From a virus, in IMG/VR virus record IMGVR_UViG_3300044730_000851, positions 1 to 64,000 of that record: a DNA stretch of 64,000 nt, one strand, 5' to 3'. Below are positions 17,322-27,423 of the stretch, in pieces. The position numbers and the translations under genes were made by a program. Every line of letters starts with the position of its first letter. Positions within the stretch are counted from its first letter, which is position 1. The notes under the pieces are model-generated. The model did not search any database. It was not told the DNA's origin and saw only the letters and a program-made list of their open reading frames with translations.

Positions 17322-18358
17322 GACACCGCCATCGGACGGTCGTCCATGGCCATCACCTTGGCGGTGAGTTCCTCAGCAAGGTCGATCTCCTCGCGGACGG
17401 ACTCAAGGACGGCTTCGAGGCCCTGCCACTTGCGGTCGCCGTAGTAGTACCAGGCTCCCTTGCGATCCAAGATGTCGAAGACGTTGCACATCGAAACGAT
17501 CTCCTTGGCGGTGTCGTATGAGCCGACCGGGATGTCGCCACCGTCGTCGAAGTAGTAGTCGACGTACGCGACCCTTTGAGGGGGTGCGGACTTATTCTTG
17601 AGGGTCCTGATCCGAACGGACTGGCCCACGCGCTTCTTGTTTTGGCCGCTGCCTATCTCGATCCACTCGTCCCTCTTGACCTCGCACCTAACGAAGAATG
17701 CGTAGTCCTTGCCCACGCCGCCTGGTGTGGTGCGCGGGTCTCCGTGCATGACGCCGATCTTGTAGCGCCACTGGTTGATGATGATTCCGAGAACCGGCCG
17801 TTCCTCTTCAACTAGAGAACGCTTCATGGCTGCTCCAACTTTGCGAAAGAACTTGTTGATGAGCAGGGCTCCACGACCGATGGTCATCTCTTCCATGGTC
17901 CTGTCGGCTTCGGGTGTCGGCACCAGGGCGGGTAGGGAGTCGACCACGATGGCGTCCACAGCCTTAGACTCGGCAAAGGCGATGACTGCGTCGAAGGCTT
18001 CCTCCATGACGGTCGTTTCTACGACGATGACTCGGTCGGTATCGACGCCGCACATCTGGGCGTACTGGGGAACCCACGCCTCCGCGGCGACCCACACAGT
18101 GGTGAAATCGGGATTCTTCGCCTGGTTGGCAGCGATGGTTTTGAGGGCCAACATAGTCTTGCCATGGCTGGGTTCCCCAATCAGTTCAGTCCACTGATTA
18201 CCAGGGAGACCGCCACCAAGGATGTAGTCCCAGGTAACCGAGCCTGTAGTGAACCGCGGGATGACCTCAGAGTGGATGTCGCTGCCGAGAACAACCACCC
18301 CACCTCCGAACTTCTTGTTCAGAAGAGCCACGATCTTCTTCGCGTCGTCGTTAATCAT
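17318..18358 (-). CDS. recA: RecA recombinase
   Basis: TGS...LGGGLP, Walker A GEPSHGKT, IVVDSL, INQWR and TTPGG. Confidence 0.95.
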   Translation of the reverse strand: MINDDAKKIVALLNKKFGGGVVVLGSDIHSEVIPRFTTGSVTWDYILGGGLPGNQWTELIGEPSHGKTMLALKTIAANQAKNPDFTTVWVAAEAWVPQYAQMCGVDTDRVIVVETTVMEEAFDAVIAFAESKAVDAIVVDSLPALVPTPEADRTMEEMTIGRGALLINKFFRKVGAAMKRSLVEEERPVLGIIINQWRYKIGVMHGDPRTTPGGVGKDYAFFVRCEVKRDEWIEIGSGQNKKRVGQSVRIRTLKNKSAPPQRVAYVDYYFDDGGDIPVGSYDTAKEIVSMCNVFDILDRKGAWYYYGDRKWQGLEAVLESVREEIDLAEELTAKVMAMDDRPMAVS

Positions 18359-18738
18359 GCGGGGGGTACTCCTTGAAGGTCTCGTCCATAGGTGTAACCG
18401 CAGGCGTAGCAGCGGGGAGCGGGTGCAACAGTTCCGCCGGATTCTGAGATGAGGCCCCCGGCGTTAGATCGGGAGAAGTACAGGTTGCTGCCGCAGTTGG
18501 GGCAGGATCCGGTCTCTCGCTGGGAGGCCTCGCCGCCGTGCCACTGCGTGGAGACCTCAGCGAAGTTCGAAGGCGTGACCTGAACGTTGGGGGCCACAGG
18601 AGGCGGGGTCGGAGCCAGGCGCGCAGGAGGCGGTGGCGAAGGTGGATACGACGAAGTCCTTGGTGAGGCGGGCTGTGGGTTCGGCGAACCCAGTCTCTTC
18701 TCCCACCACGATGAATTGCTCACTTGGCCTCTCCCCAT
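18355..18738 (-). CDS. Pro-rich zinc-ribbon protein
   Basis: CPNCGS...RCYACGY. Confidence 0.75.
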   Translation of the reverse strand: MGRGQVSNSSWWEKRLGSPNPQPASPRTSSYPPSPPPPARLAPTPPPVAPNVQVTPSNFAEVSTQWHGGEASQRETGSCPNCGSNLYFSRSNAGGLISESGGTVAPAPRCYACGYTYGRDLQGVPPA

Positions 18739-20669
18739 CTCTGTGCGCTGGTTACTTCTGCTTTCAGTGGAACCCCGAGGCGTGGGATGTAGACGCCTTC
18801 CATGGCCTCGGTCACGGCATGAATGGACTCCTCAACGAGTGCGTCCGGGGTCACTACGACCATTTCGTCATGGACGGTCAGGACGAGGTACGCGCCCTCC
18901 GGGAGCATCTGGTCAGCCCGTACGAGAGCAATCTTCATGACGTCAGCGGCGCTGCCTTGAATCAAGGTGTTGAACGCCTGGCGCTGGGCCTTGGCCCGAA
19001 TCCACCCGGTGTCGCTGTCAAGGTCCGGCAGATAGCGCCGACGGCCTGTGATGGTCGACACGAATGGTGGGTTTTGCATCCTGGCCTGCTTAATCGTCAA
19101 GGCCTTCAATTTGTTGATGCTCTTGAACTTGTCCCCGAAGTCGTCCAGAAGTGACTTGGCCTCGTCCGCAGCGATTCCCAGTTGACGGGATATCTTGTCG
19201 GGGCCGACGCCGTAGGCGATGGAAAGGACGAGGACCTTTCCTGCCTTGCGGTCCACGCCCATCCGGTCTCCGATGGCGGTGTAGATGTCCCCGCCGTCTC
19301 GGTACGTCTCCAACATGACGGCGTCCTGGGAGAAGCCTGCGATAAGTCGCGGCTCGATCTGGCTGTAGTCGGCGACGACAAGACTATGTCCGGGCGGCGC
19401 CACAAAGAGGTCTCGAATGAGCCTTCCGTAGTGGGTGCCGCTACTGGGGACATTCTGGAGGTTCGGGTTCCGCGACGAAAAGCGTCCTGTCTGCGCGCCG
19501 ATGGGATTGAAGTCGGTGTGGATAAGGCCGTTGTCAACCAGGCCCTTCTTGGCTTCGTCTCCGCGGTACGGGAGCACGTAAGTGGACAGCAGTTTGCTGA
19601 GGCCAGCGTGCTCCAAGAGCAGGTCTACCAGGTGGTCCTTCCCGCGGAAAACCTCTAAAGCCTCGGCACTGACCGAGTAGTCGGAGATCGTCAACGGAAT
19701 GCCTGCGCGCTTCTTCTCCTTACCCTTAGGAGTCAAAGTCGTTGGGCGCAAGCCTCGACCTCCCTGGTCCTTAGGTCCGTACAGCAGGGCCTGCTTGTCG
19801 CTGTTGGCGTTCAAGTTGAACTTGCGCCCAGCAGTCTTCTCAATCTTCGTTCGGACCACCTCGGCGTCGGCGTCCAGTTGATCCTTGAGCCGATCCAACT
19901 GATCGGTGTCGATGGGCGTGCCTGCCAGTCGCATCTTGGTGATGACCGGCAGAACGTCCATCTCTAAAGAGAAGACCTGGCTGAGCCGATCCGTCTGGAT
20001 CCGGTCGCGGAGCGCGACCCAAACGCTGGCCGATGCCTTAACGTCCAAGAGCACGTACTTGGAGACGACCTCGAAGGCGTGACTCTCAACTTCTGCTCCG
20101 ACGCCCTTCTCGACATCGATGTCGCAGTAGATCTTGGCGACGTCCTTTAGCCCGTAGCCGAAGGCACGACTGGAGTCGACCAGGAAGGAAGCCACCATCG
20201 TGCAGGCATAAGGTCCCGAGGGGATGTCGCCCAGATACTTGGCGACCGAACCAACATCGAAGGACAGGTTGTGCCCCACCTTCAGGACGTTGTCGTCGAA
20301 CATGAGGGGCTTCAAAATCCCGAACGCGGTGGTGCGGTCCAGGTGGGGCGTTGGGTCCGAAAACGTCCGAGTGATCTTCTTGCGGTCCACTGAGTAATCG
20401 CTCTTGCGGGGCTTAAGTCCGCGGGCCAGCCGCTCGCGGAGATCCTCAGTGTCCTTAAGGGGGAAGCCTTCCTCGATCAGATCCCCGTTGGGGAAGTTCA
20501 GGGGAACTGACCACTGGTGCTTGTCATCCCCGATCCCAATCCATACGACGTCGTTCCTCCAGGGATCTCCCCGGAATCCGATCGTCTCTACGTCGAAGCA
20601 GAAGAACTCTGCCTCGTTTTGCAAGTAGCCAACTGCGTCATACAACTGGTCGGCGTCGGTCACCAACAT
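18720..20669 (-). CDS. polA: Family A DNA polymerase (3'-5' exo + polymerase)
   Basis: FDVET, GHNLSFD, TGRFSSRNPNLQN, ADYSQIEPR, RKAGKVLVLSIAYG, NTLIQGSAAD and VHDE. Confidence 0.95.
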   Translation of the reverse strand: MLVTDADQLYDAVGYLQNEAEFFCFDVETIGFRGDPWRNDVVWIGIGDDKHQWSVPLNFPNGDLIEEGFPLKDTEDLRERLARGLKPRKSDYSVDRKKITRTFSDPTPHLDRTTAFGILKPLMFDDNVLKVGHNLSFDVGSVAKYLGDIPSGPYACTMVASFLVDSSRAFGYGLKDVAKIYCDIDVEKGVGAEVESHAFEVVSKYVLLDVKASASVWVALRDRIQTDRLSQVFSLEMDVLPVITKMRLAGTPIDTDQLDRLKDQLDADAEVVRTKIEKTAGRKFNLNANSDKQALLYGPKDQGGRGLRPTTLTPKGKEKKRAGIPLTISDYSVSAEALEVFRGKDHLVDLLLEHAGLSKLLSTYVLPYRGDEAKKGLVDNGLIHTDFNPIGAQTGRFSSRNPNLQNVPSSGTHYGRLIRDLFVAPPGHSLVVADYSQIEPRLIAGFSQDAVMLETYRDGGDIYTAIGDRMGVDRKAGKVLVLSIAYGVGPDKISRQLGIAADEAKSLLDDFGDKFKSINKLKALTIKQARMQNPPFVSTITGRRRYLPDLDSDTGWIRAKAQRQAFNTLIQGSAADVMKIALVRADQMLPEGAYLVLTVHDEMVVVTPDALVEESIHAVTEAMEGVYIPRLGVPLKAEVTSAQRWGEAK

Positions 20670-20692
20670 CTGGACTCCCTGAGATAAGTGAG

Positions 20693-20743
20693 GGCCGGGG
20701 GCCGGATCGGCAAGGGGGAAGGCGAGATCGACAGCCCCCGGCC
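20693..20743 (-). terminator. GC-rich hairpin between ssb and polA
   Basis: GGCCGGGGGC (20693-20702) / GCCCCCGGCC (20734-20743); no U-tract. Confidence 0.5.
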
Positions 20744-20754
20744 ACTCATAGAGA

Positions 20755-21447
20755 TCAGTCGCGTCGGGGGTTTCGCGACGTGATCTCCGCCTTGACCTCC
20801 TCCATCAACTTCACGTTGGGGGTAGGGATGATGGAATCAGAGAGAGCCTCAGCGCCGGACACGATTGCCTCGGCGTCCGCCACGGACATCTCCCACTCCT
20901 CTTCGAGGAATTGGGGGCGAACCTTTTCGACGTTGAAGAGCGTCTTGGGACCGGTGCCGGTCTTGCTGAGTGAGTAGTACATCCGGTCCAGGGGACCGGT
21001 GGCGCTGTCCATGTCGTAGCGGTGGAAGATCTGCGCGGTGGTGGGTGAGATGGTGAGAATCTCCACCTGGGGCTCTTCCGCGGACAGGTTCACCAGGGAG
21101 AAGCAGATCTTGCGGCGGGGCTTGTCGCCAATACTGCACAGCGGACAGGTCGCATCGTCGGTGCAGGTAAAGGACTTCTTACCCTGGCGCTCGTTGATCC
21201 AGTGCTGGTTGTAGACCGCGAAGGGCTCACGGCCCAGGAACTTGACCAACTGCTTGTCCTCGGTCCAGCGGAAGTCGTTCGTGTACTGGCCTGAGTTGGA
21301 CGACTTGAGGGCGGCATCCCAACCACTCTGGATGGCGGAGGATCGGGGTGCGCGAACGTTCTCATCGTCTTCCCGGTAGGGCTCTTCCATGAGGCCCTCG
21401 TCCAGGATGTAATCGGCGGTGTCTCGGCGGCGTGCGGCGGTAGGCAT
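20755..21447 (-). CDS. Single-stranded DNA-binding protein (gp32-like, Zn site)
   Basis: VKFL...QHW...C.....CPLC, SKTGTGPKT; sits upstream of polA. Confidence 0.7.
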   Translation of the reverse strand: MPTAARRRDTADYILDEGLMEEPYREDDENVRAPRSSAIQSGWDAALKSSNSGQYTNDFRWTEDKQLVKFLGREPFAVYNQHWINERQGKKSFTCTDDATCPLCSIGDKPRRKICFSLVNLSAEEPQVEILTISPTTAQIFHRYDMDSATGPLDRMYYSLSKTGTGPKTLFNVEKVRPQFLEEEWEMSVADAEAIVSGAEALSDSIIPTPNVKLMEEVKAEITSRNPRRD

Positions 21448-21459
21448 ATCGGCTTTCTC

Positions 21460-21909
21460 CTAGTTTTTGTCGTTCTTCCAGCGCTCGACTAGAGCGATGG
21501 TCAGATCTACGTGCTTCTTCCACTCGATGCGGGCGTTGCCGAGAAGGCCGCGAGATGAGAACTCTTCGACGGCGATCTCGATCATGGGTCGGGTGTAGAC
21601 CCGTTTGCCGGGGTGCTCCTTGCCTCTGGCATCGGTGTACCCCGGAAGTCGGTAGGGAGTCCGGGGCAGGTAGCCGCGGCGTTCCCACAAGCGAATGGTG
21701 ACGGCAGACTTTCCAAGTGCCTGAGCGAGAGAGCCCGGGAAGAAGTACTCCACGACCTCCCCGCCAGGACGCATCTTCTTGATGGGGCTGCTGTCCCAAG
21801 ACCTCTCAGCCATCTTGACCGGAGTCTCGGGAGCCTCGCGGCGGAGCCGCTTTGACCCTGGGTAGTACAGATCAGAGAAGAACGTGTCTACTTCAACTTC
21901 AGCGCCCAT
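21460..21909 (-). CDS. MerR-like HTH DNA-binding protein
   Basis: LAQALGKSAVTIRLWERRGYLP...RVYT. Confidence 0.8.
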   Translation of the reverse strand: MGAEVEVDTFFSDLYYPGSKRLRREAPETPVKMAERSWDSSPIKKMRPGGEVVEYFFPGSLAQALGKSAVTIRLWERRGYLPRTPYRLPGYTDARGKEHPGKRVYTRPMIEIAVEEFSSRGLLGNARIEWKKHVDLTIALVERWKNDKN

Positions 21910-22322
21910 GACACCTTCGTTTCGAACATCGCCTCAAGGTCGTCCTCGGTGAGCAGGTCTTCCTGCTTGGCCTCCCAGACTTCGGCCTCATCCACCTGAC
22001 GAACGAACTTGGTGCAGCGGGTCAGCAAGTCCTTCTCCTGGAGAATCTCCTGCGCGCGGTCCTCGTCCAACTTCTGCGAGACGCGGCGCTCCTTGACGAG
22101 TCCGCGCACTCCCTCGATCTGATCGGGCAGTTCGAGCCAGATGTGCCCGACGTCGTCGGGCTCGCCGAGCGCATCGACGGTCTCGATGATGGAGTCGCGA
22201 AGTTCCTTCTGGCGCGCGGCAAGTGCCTCAGCCTGCGACTTGACGAACTGGTACTCCTTCACCAGCGAGACGAACGGGTCCTCGCTGCGGATCTCCCGAA
22301 CAGTGTTGGCTACGCGTGCCAT
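21888..22322 (-). CDS. hypothetical protein (Gam/Gp157-like coiled coil)
   Basis: GGGAGGG RBS before ATG 22322; coiled coil followed by beta region. Confidence 0.65.
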   Translation of the reverse strand: MARVANTVREIRSEDPFVSLVKEYQFVKSQAEALAARQKELRDSIIETVDALGEPDDVGHIWLELPDQIEGVRGLVKERRVSQKLDEDRAQEILQEKDLLTRCTKFVRQVDEAEVWEAKQEDLLTEDDLEAMFETKVSWALKLK

Positions 22323-22347
22323 GGTCTTCCCTCCCTGTGTCTGCCCG

Positions 22348-22376
22348 ACCGTACATGGCAGAGACGTTCTCTGCAA
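22348..22376 (-). promoter_or_regulatory. Sigma70/SigA-like promoter
   Basis: GCCTAC-TTGCAG-N17-TACGGT. Confidence 0.6.
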
Positions 22377-22433
22377 GTAGGCCTGACGGTGTGTCGATTC
22401 AACAAGTAGAACGATAGACAGAGGGTCTGACAG

Positions 22434-24029
22434 TCAGCCCTGACCGCGAAGGAAGCCCAGGAGGCTACCCACTCCCAAGCGCACCCCTCCACGGGTATCT
22501 ATGCCCTGCCCGTCCACAACGGCACCGGCCACCGAGTTCTTCTGCCGCAGTAAGTCGTGCTGGCGGATCTCGATGCTGCCGTCCGTCAGTAGGTCCTGGA
22601 TCACGACGGTCGGCCAGCGGCTGGACGCGCGGCGGATGCGTCCGTTGCGTTGTACGGCTGTACCAGCCGACCACGGAAGATCGAAGTTGACGAGCAGGTT
22701 GGCCTGCGGCAGATCGACGCCGTACCCACCTGCGTCAGTCGAGACCAACACGCGCACATCGGGGTCTTCCTGGAAGGAGATCTTGGCGGCCTCTTTCTGT
22801 CTGGCGTCGAGGTCACCGGAGTACACGACACCGTCAAGCAGTTCAGCGATCCTGTTGGCGGACAGTCGGAACGAAGTAAAGACGACCACCTTGGCGTCAT
22901 CGTCTGAGTCCAGGTGATCTCGTACCAGTGCCTGCAGCGCTTCCATCTTCTTGTTCTTGGCCGACAGGAGTGACTCCCGGACTCCGTCCTCGGAGACAAG
23001 TGCGTAAGCGACGGGAGATCCGAGAGTGCGGGCGGAGTCGCCCTCAAGACGGGCACCAAACGCGTCGGCGGACTCGACCGCCAACTCCGGAAAGGTAGCC
23101 AACTGTCGCAGCAGCATGAGTCGGCTCATGATCGGTCCAAGGACGTCGTCGGGAGGTCCCTTCCTTTGTGATACGCCGTAGTGCGCCGAAACGTCCCACG
23201 AAGTTCCGTAAGCCTGCACCGCGGACTCCAACAGTTCGGTGAGTTCGTCTGCAACGGTCCGGTAGATACCGCGCACCGTGCGTTCCATCGGAACGATCAA
23301 CGGGTCTCGGTGGATAGTGTCAGGTAGGTACGGTGCGACGTCCGGGTCAGTCTGCGTCTTCCTGATGAGTACGCCAGAGATTCGCGTGTGTAGCCGATCG
23401 AGATTGGTGTACCTCTGAACGCCGCCCCACTGATTGCGGACGATGTAGGACGCGTCGAAGTGGTCAAAGCGACCTAGGATCTTCCCGTCTACGGCCTGCA
23501 GGATGCTGAAGATCTCCTCAGGCTTGCCGTTCTCCACGGGGGTTCCCGTTAAGGCGTACCTGACGTCAACGGACCGGGCGAGATCCTTGATCTTCTTGGA
23601 TCTCTTGCTGCGAAATCCCTTGATGGCCGTGGCCTCGTCGATAATGATCGCGTCGAGATCTAGGTCGGTAACGAACGACCAGTCATTCACGACGCTCTCG
23701 TAGTTCATCACCACGTACTGAATGTCGTTGTACTGCCAGTTAACCGCAGAGCGAATCTGAGAATGGCGTTTGGTCTTGGTCCCATCAACCACGATTGCGT
23801 TGCTGTCCGTGAAGTTGGATACGGACGTACCCCATTGGTACTTGAGGCTGGCTAGGGCAACCACCAGCGTGGGCTTGCGTATCTGCCCGGCGGCGCGCAA
23901 GTTCTCGACGGCAGACAGTGAAATAACGGTCTTGCCTAGTCCCAGGTCGTAGGCGACGAGGATCTTCTTCCTATTGACCATCGTCTCCACGGCCTCCCGC
24001 TGGTACGGGAGAAGTTCACCGGTGAACAT
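22434..24029 (-). CDS. SNF2-family helicase
   Basis: DLGLGKT, IIIDEAT, LTGTPVEN, STDAGGYGVDL and QRNGRIRR. Confidence 0.92.
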   Translation of the reverse strand: MFTGELLPYQREAVETMVNRKKILVAYDLGLGKTVISLSAVENLRAAGQIRKPTLVVALASLKYQWGTSVSNFTDSNAIVVDGTKTKRHSQIRSAVNWQYNDIQYVVMNYESVVNDWSFVTDLDLDAIIIDEATAIKGFRSKRSKKIKDLARSVDVRYALTGTPVENGKPEEIFSILQAVDGKILGRFDHFDASYIVRNQWGGVQRYTNLDRLHTRISGVLIRKTQTDPDVAPYLPDTIHRDPLIVPMERTVRGIYRTVADELTELLESAVQAYGTSWDVSAHYGVSQRKGPPDDVLGPIMSRLMLLRQLATFPELAVESADAFGARLEGDSARTLGSPVAYALVSEDGVRESLLSAKNKKMEALQALVRDHLDSDDDAKVVVFTSFRLSANRIAELLDGVVYSGDLDARQKEAAKISFQEDPDVRVLVSTDAGGYGVDLPQANLLVNFDLPWSAGTAVQRNGRIRRASSRWPTVVIQDLLTDGSIEIRQHDLLRQKNSVAGAVVDGQGIDTRGGVRLGVGSLLGFLRGQG

Positions 24030-24247
24030 CAGTCAATGACGTCCTCAGGGCACGGGGCCTTCAAGGTTGCACCGCAGCCCGCGCAGATGGCGTCCAGGAA
24101 GTAGAAGGCGACCTCACCCTGATCGAAGCGCGCCAAGATGTGGAAGACGTCGCACTCGCATAGCGGGCACTCATGGACTGCGCCCAGCCAGCGGAGGTCC
24201 TGGCCGTCGGCCTGCACAGCGAAGAGGTCGGTAATGGGCCTGGTCAC
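24029..24247 (-). CDS. small zinc-finger protein
   Basis: CPLCEC...CAGC. Confidence 0.7.
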   Translation of the reverse strand: MTRPITDLFAVQADGQDLRWLGAVHECPLCECDVFHILARFDQGEVAFYFLDAICAGCGATLKAPCPEDVID

Positions 24248-25155
24248 AACGCGGCCTCGCCGAGGACGCGCGACTTGGCGTTGCGGATACCGGACTCAAT
24301 CTCTTCGGCCGATAGTTCCCCGGGGTCCTTACGGGTGTCGTCGGTGTACGAAAAGAACCGCACGGCCTTCAGAACCCCGCGGGTTGCGTTCAACAGTTGC
24401 CGACTGGCCTTGCGTCCGGCTGCGTCGGCATCGAGCGCAAGAACGACCTCGTCGGCGGCGCTCATGAGCATGATCTGCTGTCGAGACACGATGGCCCCGA
24501 AGACGGCGACCCCTCCGGGGATTCCCTCAGCGTGCAGTCGCACAGCGTCTAGGGGACTTTCGACTACGACCATCAGTCCGCCAGCAAACACGCTGTACCC
24601 AAAGAGCGTCTCAGACTTCTTCACACCGACTGGGTGGTTGCGGAAGGTGCGGGTGCTCTGGCCCTTCACCTGCCAACCCAGCAGACCGCCCTGGGGATCA
24701 CGGATCGGGAGGATCCAGCAATCGTCGTAGGGATCCCAGAGAACTTCGTAATGCTCGCAGGACTGTGCCGTGAGGTTGCGCTCGCGCAAGGCCCACCGCG
24801 GTGGCTTGCCGAATCCCGCCAAAGAGGACTCGGGGAGTAGCGGCTTCGGATTGGGGGCGTGGTACGGACCGGGGATCGACTTCAGCGTGTTCTGCAAGGA
24901 GCCTCGCACCGCAAAGGTCTTGGCCTGCTCAACGTCGGGCGCTCCGCCCATGTCCACGATGAGCCGGTGAATTGAACCGGCGTACCCGCAACTGAAGCAG
25001 AGAAACAACCCAGTCCTGAGGTTGATGGACCAAGACGGGTGAGAGTCCTCGTTGCCGGTGCGCACGCGGTGCATAGGGCAGCGGGCGACGAACTCGTCAC
25101 CTGATGCGCGACCGGCCACGCCCAGTCGATTGAGCGTGGCCTCGACGTCAATCAA
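24244..25155 (-). CDS. DNA primase (CHC2 zinc finger + TOPRIM)
   Basis: CPMH...CFSCG, VVESPLD, LDADAAG and KDPGE. Confidence 0.9.
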   Translation of the reverse strand: MIDVEATLNRLGVAGRASGDEFVARCPMHRVRTGNEDSHPSWSINLRTGLFLCFSCGYAGSIHRLIVDMGGAPDVEQAKTFAVRGSLQNTLKSIPGPYHAPNPKPLLPESSLAGFGKPPRWALRERNLTAQSCEHYEVLWDPYDDCWILPIRDPQGGLLGWQVKGQSTRTFRNHPVGVKKSETLFGYSVFAGGLMVVVESPLDAVRLHAEGIPGGVAVFGAIVSRQQIMLMSAADEVVLALDADAAGRKASRQLLNATRGVLKAVRFFSYTDDTRKDPGELSAEEIESGIRNAKSRVLGEAAL

Positions 25156-25426
25156 CGTTCTCGGAGGACAGGCGGTCCTCTAGTTCGTCCAGGCGATCCA
25201 GGATCTGCTGGAGGGTCGACTCCAGTTGCTCGCGCAGTTCCGAGAGCCAACCCGAGTCCAGTGCATTCTGGTTAGTCTTGGTGGTAACGACCTTGACGTT
25301 ACTCCCCAGTACGTTCGAGGTTACCCGCGCCTTGTCAGGGAACTTGAACGACAACTGCTTGTGGTCCGCCCTGTTGTACGTCCAGGGGTTTTCGTAGTCG
25401 TAGTGGGGATTGTCATCGTCGTGCAC
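25148..25426 (-). CDS. hypothetical protein
   Basis: Start taken at GTG 25426; C-terminal coiled coil. Confidence 0.6.
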   Translation of the reverse strand: MHDDDNPHYDYENPWTYNRADHKQLSFKFPDKARVTSNVLGSNVKVVTTKTNQNALDSGWLSELREQLESTLQQILDRLDELEDRLSSENVD

Positions 25427-25664
25427 TGTCGGCTCCGCGGCGCAGGCGGTCCATGTCGGCGTCGTTCTGCAGGTACTGGATGGCGGCACCCAGACCTCCA
25501 GCGAAGTCCTGGTCCTTGATGACCAGATGCTCGACGACCGCGTCAACCACGACATCGGCGAGTTTGTGAAAGTAGACGCGGTCCTCCGGGAGGGCACGCT
25601 CCCAGGGGACTGGAGTGACTTCTTCGCTGTACAGAAGTTCCGCGATCTCGTTGACGAGACTCAT
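25413..25664 (-). CDS. hypothetical protein
   Basis: 83 aa, ATGA-coupled to dnaB. Confidence 0.7.
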   Translation of the reverse strand: MSLVNEIAELLYSEEVTPVPWERALPEDRVYFHKLADVVVDAVVEHLVIKDQDFAGGLGAAIQYLQNDADMDRLRRGADSARR

Positions 25665-27001
25665 GCCGATAGTTCCTCTCCGGTGTCGGAATGATCATCC
25701 AACTGCGTGTCGATATTACTACTCTTGGGAGCATAAGGCCCTCCGCGACTCGCCACAAGACATCCTGGGCAGTTTTCGGAGAGGTCGTCATCGTGGAAGC
25801 AGCCGGTATCCCATCTCCAGGTCAGCACGGCCTCCTCGGGGCCGCAGTTTCGGGACGCGACCACCTTCAGCAGGCGGGCCTCCGGCTCCTCCTCGATCTC
25901 CTCAAGACCCAGGATGACGTCGGAATCTTGGAAGAACGAACTGCTGTAACCGATCGAGTCAGCGGTGACCTTGCCTCCGCGCATCTTCCAGAGCAGGGTC
26001 TGTGTGGAGATGACGATCGGTATCTCCAGCCGCTGGGCCAGACGCTTCAAGGATCGGGTGATAGAGGTGAGGGCCTGCGGTGTGTTCGACTCACCGCTGG
26101 CCTCGTCGATCATGAGGTAGACACCGTCGACCATCACGACATCAGGGCGGCGCTGTTCGATCTTCGCGGCCAACGCCGACACCGTGATCCCGGTCATGGA
26201 GTCTGACAGAGTCAACTCGTTCTGCATACCGTCCATGTGCTCCAGCATCTTCCGATACGAGTTCTTCTCCGGCTCCAGCAGTGAACGACGGCGCATCCGG
26301 TTGTACGACACCTTCGATCGCATCGCGTCGTGACGGTCCTGGCACTCACGGTTAGTCATCTCGAATGTCGTGAAGAGAACTCCGTGCCCGGCTTCGTGGG
26401 TGTTGATGCCCATCTGTAGGAGAACCTGGCTCTTGCCTGTCTTCGGAGGAGCGATCACCGTAATCAACTGTCCGCCCTGCAGTCCCGCGGTGGCCTCGTC
26501 GATCTTGCTGAATCCGGTGGTCAGCCCAAGCAGTGACCCAGCGATCTTCTCTGCCTCGATGTACTCGTCGTAACGACGCAGTGGGTCACGGTGAAGCATC
26601 AGATCCGTAACTCCCGGCGTACCGTCCTTATAGATATCCGCCAGTGAGCGCTCGACCAGAGTCAGGGCCGCTTCGTGGTCGTTGGTCTTCGTCAGGATGT
26701 CGCCTGCGGACTGCAGCATGTCCTCTACGTGCACGTACCTGCGATACCCGATGAACCGATCCAGCAGGTACTCCAGGGAGTCCTCAACCTTGAGGAGCGG
26801 GAAGTTGGGGAACTCGTCCAGGACACTGGTTGCGGTAGGCACCTCGCCGTACTTGCCCCAGTGTTCCAGCAGCCAACGCCATAGCGTTCGCGCTTCCGGG
26901 TTGACCCACCAGTCAGTGGTCACGCGTGCGTCGATGAGAGGAATGATGTTCCTGTCACGCACCGCGCGACTGAGTAGTCGAATCTCGTTGTCGTGTGCCA
27001 A
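25661..27001 (-). CDS. dnaB: DnaB-like replicative helicase
   Basis: APPKTGKS, FEM, VDGVYLM, LKRLAQ and FQDSD. Confidence 0.92.
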   Translation of the reverse strand: MAHDNEIRLLSRAVRDRNIIPLIDARVTTDWWVNPEARTLWRWLLEHWGKYGEVPTATSVLDEFPNFPLLKVEDSLEYLLDRFIGYRRYVHVEDMLQSAGDILTKTNDHEAALTLVERSLADIYKDGTPGVTDLMLHRDPLRRYDEYIEAEKIAGSLLGLTTGFSKIDEATAGLQGGQLITVIAPPKTGKSQVLLQMGINTHEAGHGVLFTTFEMTNRECQDRHDAMRSKVSYNRMRRRSLLEPEKNSYRKMLEHMDGMQNELTLSDSMTGITVSALAAKIEQRRPDVVMVDGVYLMIDEASGESNTPQALTSITRSLKRLAQRLEIPIVISTQTLLWKMRGGKVTADSIGYSSSFFQDSDVILGLEEIEEEPEARLLKVVASRNCGPEEAVLTWRWDTGCFHDDDLSENCPGCLVASRGGPYAPKSSNIDTQLDDHSDTGEELSA

Positions 27002-27003
27002 GG

Positions 27004-27423
27004 TCAGAGCATCCCCGTCAGGTAGCCGATGTCGATCCCTGCGATCCCGTACCGTGCGCGGCGTTCTGGCGTGTCCAGCACCCCGATCACCTCCGGCCGA
27101 TACGGGAGCAACTCAACCAGCGTGTCTGGCGAACTGCAAGCAGAGGAGTAATTGAAGGGCTGAACGCCCTGCCTGTCAAGGTCGTCGAGGATGCGTGTCG
27201 CTTCGTCTACGTCGTCAGTAAAGACAACGAGTTCCATACGCAGAAATGCACGGAGGGAGACCCGCCACAACGTGGCCATGGACTCCCGGTCAATGATCCG
27301 TTCGGTGCGGGTTCCCACGCGGATACCGAGAAAGGTCTTGGCCTCAACGTATTCATCACTGATCGCGTCCAGAGTAACCAAGAGCCGCGGGGGAACCTCG
27401 TTGGAGAGATCCCCGCCCTGCAT
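27004..27423 (-). CDS. hypothetical protein (degenerate HAD-like)
   Basis: LLVTLDAI N-terminal strand, LVVFT and VLD. Confidence 0.6.
   Translation of the reverse strand: MQGGDLSNEVPPRLLVTLDAISDEYVEAKTFLGIRVGTRTERIIDRESMATLWRVSLRAFLRMELVVFTDDVDEATRILDDLDRQGVQPFNYSSACSSPDTLVELLPYRPEVIGVLDTPERRARYGIAGIDIGYLTGML

Noticed and set aside
408-27001. Inteins or introns in RNR, RecA, PolA or DnaB
   Set aside because: All have normal lengths and uninterrupted motif order.
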